Assembly (NCBI RefSeq): GCF_004010195.1 | Contig: NC_057719.1 | Span: 37,055,417 to 37,114,419, forward strand | Reading direction: 5' to 3' | From: Chiloscyllium plagiosum | Lineage: Eukaryota | DNA length: 59,003 bases | Part shown: positions 50,094 through 59,003 of the stretch, one piece after another | How the letters are laid out: every line of letters starts with the position of its first letter | Position numbering within the stretch: position 1 is the first letter of the stretch | Notes under the pieces: generated by a model | The model's input: the letters and a program-made list of their open reading frames with translations, nothing else | The model's database searches: none | Told to the model about the DNA's origin: nothing | Position numbers and translations under genes: made by a program

Positions 50094-51089
50094 AGGGAGA
50101 AAGGGAAGGAGCATGTATTGAACTAATCTTGACTGCTTTCTGCTTTCTGTATATCTTCATATACATTACAGAATTAGCAGAATGTAAGAAACAGATCACT
50201 TTCAAAGCCAAAACAGCAGTTACATTAGTTTAAAAAAAGCTCAGCATTCTGCTTCTTACAGGAGAGTTTCATCTTGGTAAAAGAGTATAAATAAGTACTA
50301 CAAGATTGATTCAAATCAGGCCTGTTTTTCGAGATTTTGTTTTAAACAGAGTGGGCAAAACAAGAGATATTTGCTGTGGTGGCTTCAATGTAGGTTATGC
50401 TTTGTATGTGAAATAGACCGTAATGATACAGCATCACAATTGATAGCTTTTAGTGTGTGGCAAATGGCACGAGTGCTGAAGGTGGAAATGTAGGCATTAT
50501 GAAAATATTCTTTTAGACCTAAAAATTCGACTTTGTTGTTGCCAAATTGGAATATTCACACTGAAGCACAGAATTGCAGGGCTCAGTTTACTACTTAGAT
50601 ATGCGAGCTTAAGCTTTTAGTTGAACTGTTCTAGGGAAGTACAAAGTGTTGTCAGAACTTATTTCTGTAGAGTAGAAGATAAAGTTGGATACAAGACTAA
50701 ACACAGGCGATTTTTACAGGTCGGGCTCATTTATTTTCTTTCGGGAAGGGAACCTGCTGTCCTTACCAGGTCTGGCCTACATGTGACTCCAGACCATTTA
50801 TTGACTCTGAATTGGAATGGTCAATAAATGTTGGCAGAGTTAGTGATGTCACATCCCATGAATGAAAGTAATGAATACATTTTTTAAAAAGGATGTTTAT
50901 GTGAATCTTGAATGACATCTGTTGTTCTCAGAACGAAGTGGATTGATTTCTCCATATTCCTGTTGTTAAAATATATGCACTAACTAGAACACCACAAGAG
51001 AACAAAATAAATAGCTTCCCAAAAGGACATGAAAAACATTTTCCAAAGCAGGGATGAACTGATCATTGTTAGCCTCTTGGAGATGTTCA

Positions 51090-53087
51090 CACTAAATGTT
51101 GAAGTGTTGTGGAGCTTATTCAAGGACCAGCTACAGCGGGTCCTTGATAAGTACGTACCAGTCAGGCAGGGAGGAAGTTGTCGAGCGTGGGAGCTGTGGT
51201 TTACGAAGGAAGTTGAATCGCTTGTCAAGAGGAAGAAGGCAGCTTATGTTAGAATGAGATGTGACGGCTCAGTTAGGGCACTTGAGAGTTACAAATTAGC
51301 CAGGAAAGACCTCAAGAGAGAGCTAAGAAGAGCCAGGAAGAGACATGAGAAGTTGTTGGAGGATAGGATTAAGGAAAACCCTAAGGTTTTCTATTGGTAT
51401 ATCAGGAATAAAAGAATGACTAGAGTAAGATTAGGGCCAATCAAGGATAGTCGTAGGAAGTTGTACTTGGAGTCAGAGGAGACAGGGAAAGTGCTAAATG
51501 AATACTTTTCGTCAGTATTCACACTAGAAAAAGAAAATATGGTTGAGGAGAAAACTGAGATACAGGCTACTAGTCTAGATGGGATTGAGGTTCACAAGGA
51601 GGAATTCTGGAAAGTGAGAAAATAGATAAGTCCCCTGGGCCAGATGGGATTTATCCTAGGATTCTCTGGGAAGCCAGGGAGGAGACTGCCGAGCTTTTGG
51701 CTTTGATCTTTATGTTGTCATTGTCTACAGGAATAGTGCAGTGCCAGAGGACTGGAGGATAGCAAATGTTGTTCCCTTGTTCAAGAACGGGAGTAGAGAC
51801 AACCCTGGGAATTATAGACCTGAGAGCCTTACTTTGGTTGTGGTTAAAGTATTGGAAAGGGTTATAAGAGATAGGATTTATCATCATCTAGAAATGAATA
51901 TGTTGATTAGGGATAGTCAGCACAGTTTTGTGAAGGATTGCCTCACAAACCTTATTGAGTTCTTTGAGAAGGTGACCAAATAGGTGGATGAGGGAAAAGC
52001 AGTTGATGTGGTGTATATGGATTTCAGTAAGGCGTTTGATAAGGTTCCCCATGGTAGGCTATTGCACAATATATGGAGGCATGGGATTGAGGGTGATTTC
52101 ATGGTTTGGCTCAGAAAGTGGCTAGCTGAAAGATGACAGAGGATGGTGGTCGATGGGAAATGTTCATCCTGGAGTTCAGTTAGTAGTGGTGTACTGCAAG
52201 GCTCTGTTTTGTGTCCACTGTTGTGTTCATTTTTATAAATGACCTGGATGAGGGCATACAAGGATGAGTTAGTAAATTTGTGGATGTCACTAAGAGTTGT
52301 GGACAGTGACGAAGGATGTTGTAGGTTACAGAGAGACATAGATGAGCTGCAGAGCTGGGTTGAGAGGTGGCAAATGGAGTTTAATCCGGAAAAGTGAGAA
52401 GTGATTCACTTTGGAAAGAGTTACAGGAATGCAGAGTACTGGGCTAATGGTAAGATTCTTGGTAGTGTAGATGAGCAGAGAGATCTCGGTGCCCAGGTAC
52501 ATAGATCCTTGAAAGTTGCCACCCAGGTTGATAGGGTTGTTAAGAAGGAATTGAGTTTCGGAACCATGAGATCATGCTGCAGCTGTACAAAACTCTGGTG
52601 CGGCTACACTTGGAGTATTGTGTACAGTTCTGGTCACCGCATTATAGGAAAGATGTGGAAGCTTTGGAAAGGGTTCAGAGGAGATTTACTAGGATGTTGC
52701 CTGGTATGGAGGGAAGGTCTTACGAGAAAAGGCTGAGGGCCTGGAGGCTGTTTTCATCAGAGAAAAGAAGGTTAAGAGGTGACTTAATTGAGAGATAAGA
52801 TAATCAGAGGGTTAGATTGGGTGGACAGTGAGAGTCTTTTTCCTCGATGGCAATGGCTAGTACAAGGGGACATCGCTTTACATTAAGGGGTGATAGATAC
52901 AGGACAGGTGTCAAGAGGTAGTTTCTTTACTCAGAGAGTAATAAGGGCATGGAACGCACTGCCTGCAACAGTAATACACCCGCCAGCTTTAAGGGCATTT
53001 AAATGGTCATGGACTTCAGATTGATCTGACAAGTTGGCATAACATCGAGAGCCAAAGGGCATGTACTGTGCTGTAATGTTCTATGAG
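51090..53087 (+). mobile_element. CR1 LINE (2 kb, 5'-truncated, decayed)
   Basis: IKENPKVFYWYIRNKR, PEDWRIANVVPLFK..PGNYRP and LYKTLVRLHLEYCVQFWSPHY motifs, with stops and frameshifts. Confidence 0.95.
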
Positions 53088-55859
53088 TCATGCAGTCCTT
53101 TGGAGGTGTGAATTGTTCATCTCATTCATCAATGAACATGAAAGCAACTCGTATCATAGTTTTTGAAGATTGTGAACATCGAAAGCACAACTGGTATGAA
53201 CCCAATTCCACTCCATTGAGGAAACAGCAGGGAGGCTGTTTATCTGTGTTTATCGCGAGGTAGATAGAAGGAAGAGTTGGGTGTGTTGAAGCTTAAGTGT
53301 ATGATAATTCACAAGCTCTGATGTAAGACAGCTTGAAAAAAATTCATAATCTACTTTTCCTAAAATCCCAACAAGTCCTACACCTCATCTCTATCAATAC
53401 CAATACTTAAAAGATGAACCAGGCAGAAAAACAAAAGCATTAGAAGTAAATTACCTCTGGAGACCAAAATAAACTGCCTCAAAACTGAAGAATGAAGGCT
53501 AAAAGAACAGAGGAAATAAATACCCCTAAAATGAACTGAGAATAAGGAACAAAAGTAACTCCTTGATAGGCTACAATGTTTAAGTGGTGTTTCCTTCCAA
53601 CAGGCAAAGACAAGTTCTATTGTTTTTTTGCCAAGTTCTTATAGTGTGGTGAATTCACAGTCTTCAAGTTGCAAATTGTGCTGGTATTAGTTCACTAAAT
53701 TCTAGGATGGTTTCCTGAGCATGATGTGATGTGTTTTACTTCATTTCTGGGGGACCCTTAGCATCAGCTTCAGCCTCTTATCCTGTTGGTATTAGAGCTG
53801 CCCTCTTATTCTTGTTTATGTTCTGGCTCGCAGTGTCATGACTGTCCTGTGGAGACCTAAAGAAATACTAGAACATTCACGCTCAAGCCAAGGAATGTGT
53901 AATGCTATTAGGACAGAAGGTGAAAGCAATGAAGCAGCTGCATCCATGGACCACAAGACTTCCATTATTAAGTGAGTCATTTTCAAAAGACCTGAAGCAA
54001 TGGGTATCTTCTTCCTGCAAAATTTCCTCACTAATGGATCCTTTGGTAAGATATTGAAAAATGTTATAGAATGCACAAAATCCCTGAAGATATCTGAGGA
54101 GAGAGGAACCACTGTCCATCCTCACTGTGCGGAATCTGTAAGCACTGTTACCTCCACTGCCAGAACTACCTTATGAGCATCCACCTCCAGAATATTCCAG
54201 AAGTGTTCACTCTCCTCATTGGACAGGTCTTGCTGGCTGGGAACATCACGAAGGTCAATGGACTGTTCAGGATTTTAACAAATAAATGGCAGGTTAGGTG
54301 GCCCTGAAAGAAGATGGCAAGAGAAACATTGCTCAGTTTTGCTATCCTTAGACTCTGTGTTATTCGGACTATAGAGGGCAGCCAAGAATTTGTGGCACCT
54401 GCGGAAATCCAAACATATGGTGGCCAATTGCAGTTCTATCATCGACAAGAATTTCAAGAGCAAAGTGATTAAGCATTAGTGAGTGTCCTTACTTCTTTAT
54501 GATGGAGGGAAGGTAATGGATGAAGCAGCTGAAAATGGTTCGGTCTAGGTCAACAACCAAAGCATGGCTGAAATAATTGGCTTCTAATAACCATAACAAT
54601 CTTTCTTATGCTATGTATGACTCCAGATAGTGATAAACTTTCCCTCTAATCCCTACTGACTTCAGTATTACTCAGTATGCTTGATGCTGGGAGAAACCAA
54701 CTGAGCATTGGTTAGCAAGTTATTGGTGAGTAATTTCTTCTCAATAGCTTCCATATATTTTCCTCTAATCAACCTGTTCAGAGACGTTATTATTTCACAG
54801 CTCTAGAGTAGGCGGGGCTTGAACCTGGGACTCTTAGTCCAGAGGTAGTACAGCACCGCCAGAGCTCTTGCTTTCACCATTGTGAAAGAGCTGGAAGAGC
54901 GGTAATTGACCAGATTGATTTTCTCGCTTTTTTTGTGACCAGGACATATCTGGGAAATTTTCAACATTGTCATGCAAAACAGAAAAATGGAGCTGGAGAA
55001 ACTTGACACCAAGTTTTCTTTTTGCTCTTTGTCCTCAGGTGCTGCAACACATTAGAATTAAATGGCTGGACTCAATAAAAGATACAATTATCATGCTTCT
55101 AATGTTTAACCATCCAAGCAAAATTATACATTGATCACATTATGTATCAAAGCTAATGTAGATTCAGTGTTAATTGAAAAGAAAGGATCCTTGTGAGGGA
55201 ACACTGATGTGAAAGAAGTATTGTCACGTAGCATGGAAGAGACAGTTAACACATATTTTAAGTGTCTGTAATAAACGGGTACTAAGAAACAGCTTATAAA
55301 ATTATAGGGAACTTATTTTGTCAAGAATTAGTAAACCATCCAATCACTGATTGCATCTGTAATTTAAAAGTTTGCTAAAAATGGTCCCAGAAAAACATAG
55401 TGTGTAATGGTTTTAATGTCACATCTGTCATGGTGTGAATTTTCCAAGTACTCAGCACAGCAAGTGCACATTAGAGATTGCTAACTAGTTGTTCAAAGAA
55501 CTGAATACATGTCTCATTAGTACACCCTTCTGAAAAAGGATACTGTCTCTTCAATCTCCATTGCAAGAGGAAAAATTAACTCCTTCGGTGGCTATCAAAG
55601 TTGGGAAAGATATATAATGGGCAATATATCGGAAATTACCAGGTTCACATCATTGCTCAAAAGATAAAATAACTTATTCACTCTAGTTCTCAACAAACTA
55701 TCAGTTAATCCATGAGACCGATATTGTCAACTAGTAACTATCTCGAAGTGCATTTTATCTAGTTTAAATAGGAACAAGCAATGATTATTTCTGAAAAAAT
55801 CTCTCCATTTAATTTATAAATGAGTCAATTATCCAATGGACTTGAATCATCAACAACAG

Positions 55860-56245
55860 TTCAGAAGAATGAGAGGTGATTTTATTGAAGCATCACAGTG
55901 TGAGGGGGCTTGCCAGGGTAGAGATTAACAGGATGTTTCCCCTCATGGGGAATCAAGATTTAGGGGACACAGTTTCAGAACAAGCTCCTCCCATTTAAGA
56001 TGGAGATGAGGAGAATTTTTTCTGTCAGAGGGTCATTTATCTTTTGAATTCTCTAACCTCGAGGAGTCAAGGAGGCTGGGTCATTGAATATATTCAAGGC
56101 TGACATGTCAGATTTTTAATCTTCAAGGGAGTGATGGATTATGGGAGCAGGCAGGAAATGGAGTTGAGGTCACAACCAGATCAGCTACGATCTTACTGAA
56201 TGGTTGAGCAAGCCTGAGTGGTCTACTCCTATTCTGATTTCTTGC
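55860..56245 (+). mobile_element. CR1 LINE 3' end
   Basis: agaagaatgagaggtgat (RRMRGD), gagatgaggagaattttttc (EMRRIFF) and a 3' UTR ending ctactcctattctg. Confidence 0.8.
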
Positions 56246-58460
56246 ATGCAAGTGCAGAAAGCAATGAAGAAGGCAAATGAAACTAAAACAGAAATTGCTG
56301 GAAAAACTCAGCAGATCTGGCAGTATCTGTGGAGAGAAAACAGAGTCAATGTTTTGGATCTAGTGATTGTTTTTGAGAATGTTCTGGCCTTGGGCAGATC
56401 AGCAATGATCTTGTATAAACCCAGACAGGCTTGAGATGTTGAATGTCCAGCTCCCATCACCGAATCCCTTTTGATCTTATGCAGAAAACATTTACAAAGC
56501 TGGGTTTATTCATTGTGGGGACAAAATCTCTGGAAGAACAAGTGCTAAATAGCAGGAGTAGAAGAATTCTTTTCACATGTTTATTTAACCATAGAATACA
56601 TTAATGCACAAGACTGAAGTCAACTCAATTTCTACATTCAGAGGAAAATAAATATGCAAGGAAGAGCAAAACCGTGAGATAAGTATAGAGAAGTGGGATT
56701 AAATTGGTATTGTTGAGACAGAAAAGGATGAATTAAAGTTGCCTTGCCTATGCAATACATTCCCCAGTTTTGTGAGAGTTCCAAAAACTAAACTCCATCT
56801 GCTCACAGCATTAATATAATTGCAGCAATACCTTTTTATAAATATGGCACTGGGAGCTATGGGATACTGCTAGCCAATGGTGACAGTTTTGATTTATATT
56901 TTGCCTTCACAGGTTTGTAAGTAGGTCACTTGTGACACTCACTTCATTTCTGGGTCAGTGAGGAATTTGCAAAAGCTCTAACTTCTGAGCGAGTGTAGTT
57001 TGTCTGTCCTGAGATAAGATCCAAACGTATATCTCTCATTCACACGCATGAAAAAAAGACACAACACCAGAGTCTAGATTTACAGCATTGAGGTGGGGAG
57101 TCAGGGTTTGTACGGTTCCTGGTTTTGTGCGATCACCTTGGCAGTAAGTGCCCACAAAGGCAGGATTTTGTGCCGAAGGATGGTTGCAGGTGGACCAGCC
57201 AATACAGGAAAAAAAAGGTCTGAGGTTGCAACCCCTGGTGGCTGAAGCAGGCTGTATAAACACCCTGCTCTGGGGCTGTGGGAGCTTGTCTCAATTTATT
57301 AAAAAAAAATCAAAAACAAAAACAATTATGAAGCCCTAAGTTCCTCATTCCCCAATATACACTCCATGGCCCAGTCATTCCATCTCATGCACTCTATCTC
57401 ACACTATGTGCCCTCCTACCTCCATGGTGCCTCACACCACCTATGCTGGTCATCCCACCCTTGTCCCAATGTGGTCTGTTATGTCCCCTATGCCGCATTA
57501 TTCCTCCAACCACTGCCCATGCCCCTCATGACACTTATGCCAAATTATGGCTCTTCCATTCCCACAATGCACTGTATACAACTAATATACCCTCCAGTGA
57601 CAATATACCCTACAGTGTAACAAATACAGCTTCAAAGGCATTAATTACTATCCACTGTACGAAAACATTTATTTTTACTAAAAGCAAAGGGAACAGCAGA
57701 AACTGCAAACACTTGAATTAGCTTAACCTTATGTAAACAAACCTGTGAAATTGACAGCAGAAATCAGAGTCAGAGCTGTCAATCAGCAGGTATTTTCACA
57801 GAACAATGATGTCTCTGGCATTTCTTATGTTGACGCACTAAAGAGTGTGAATGATTAACACTTCTATTCTCTTGTAGCAAAAAGGAGTATTAACACGTTA
57901 TTGTAACTTTCATTAGTTTTATTTCATTAGTGCATAGTGGGTCAATGGAGATGCTACAGCTTGATATAAAGGGAAATAAGAAGTCACAGGGACAGCTGGA
58001 GGCATGGTTTGCCAAAGGAGTCATAAGGAAGCCCTTTAGAATTTACCACTCAAATGATATGTTCTTGCTGACTATGGAGCAGGAGTATTTGAAATGCTGA
58101 TCTGATACCGATGAGGGATGAAGAGCAGTAGGACATGCTTATCTCTGCCATGGAGCCTGGCTTGATCTGAGCTGTCCTCATGAATTGCCACAGATGTAGT
58201 GATAAGTTTTGTTTTTACCTTCACTAGGTTATTTATAAGCAATACTCATGTTGTTCTCATACATGGATGTAGGAAACACTGTATGAAAGATTCAATAGAC
58301 TTTTTTTGCAAGCCCTGGTATCTGCAATTGTTTCAGTTAATTCAGTTGCAAACTATTCACACTTCACTCAACATGTAATGTTGCAAGTGGCCCCAGTAAG
58401 ATGAAGACTAATACCTTTATACTATCAGGTCACATGCTACGAACTTATCTCGACGCCAAC

Positions 58461-59003
58461 GGTCTTTTCGCAGCAGAGAGCGACGGGAGCTGGGCGGAAG
58501 TTCAGGCGGAGCGCAAAGCCTGTCGGGAAAGTAAGTGATTGCTATTAGAGTGGGTGAGTTCTAAACCCCAGGTCCTACAAAGTAGGGTCTCCCTCCCTCC
58601 CTCCTCCTCTAACCTAAATTAAGAGTCCACAGACTTGCCACAAAAAGAGGGTCTAAGAAGTTTGGATCGAAGAGTGAGGCTTCAGCTCAGGAATCTTTGA
58701 CAAGGAGGTTGAGTGAAGTGATTACACCACAGTTGAAGAGGGTGAAGACATGACTGCCCAGCTGGTTCAGTGCACTACGTGCTTGATGTGGGAGGTCAAC
58801 GACTCTGGTGTGTCTGGCTCGTATATGTGTGGAAAGTGTGTGCACATTCAGCAATTGACCGAGCATATTGCACTGCTGACGAAAGAACTCGAAGACCTTA
58901 GGCTCATCCGAGAAAACGAGATCTTTCTGGACAAGACCTTCAGCATGGTTATTACACCAATCATGCCAGAAGAGAGCAGAAGAGAGCAGATGATGAGGAA
59001 GGC
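58461..59003 (+). mobile_element. 5' end of a CR1 LINE (CpG-containing 5' UTR and start of ORF1), runs off the window
   Basis: Local rise in CpG followed by a CR1-type ORF1; the exact 5' boundary is approximate. Confidence 0.75.
58750..59003 (+). CDS. CR1 ORF1 N-terminus (zinc finger/leucine zipper), partial
   Basis: Open from ATG 58750 to the edge: MTAQLVQCTTCLMWEVNDSGVSGSYMCGKCVHIQQLTEHIALLTKELEDLRLIRENEIFLDKTF...; CxxC-x15-CxxC followed by heptad leucines. Absent from the ORF track, presumably because no stop lies in the window. Confidence 0.82.
   Translation, partial: MTAQLVQCTTCLMWEVNDSGVSGSYMCGKCVHIQQLTEHIALLTKELEDLRLIRENEIFLDKTFSMVITPIMPEESRREQMMRK

Noticed and set aside
51029..51625. 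Longest ORF (198 aa) as a host gene
   Set aside because: It is CR1 ORF2 linker sequence continuous with frameshifted RT fragments.

Overview
Eukaryotic, repeat-rich, mostly intronic DNA from a cartilaginous fish; a shark is inferred from HE1-type V-SINEs and HER1/CR1 LINEs. The only host gene I can support is EVL (Ena/VASP-like) on the minus strand. Two EVH1-domain exons are present: exon 2 at 26145-26313 (169 nt) and exon 3 at 11610-11787 (178 nt), both with canonical AG/GT ends and compatible phases. Exon 1 and exon 4 were not identified. The rest is nested transposon debris: many CR1 fragments, a CR1 5' end with an open zinc-finger/leucine-zipper ORF1 at the right edge, V-SINEs, DeuSINEs, a short tRNA-derived SINE that forms a tandem array, a solo LTR, and a Penelope-like element (RT plus GIY-YIG) carrying two nested insertions. 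The most notable signal is a set of minimal hammerhead-ribozyme motifs in Penelope terminal repeats. These occur in ~130-nt TSD-flanked mini-insertions (one sense to the EVL pre-mRNA) and in a TSD-flanked 447-nt derivative that carries a 21/42/84-bp hierarchical minisatellite. Penelope hammerheads are a known class, so any novelty lies in the local architectures. Almost all short ORFs in the track are repeat-derived or chance. Repeat family names and most repeat boundaries are from recognition by eye, not database searches.
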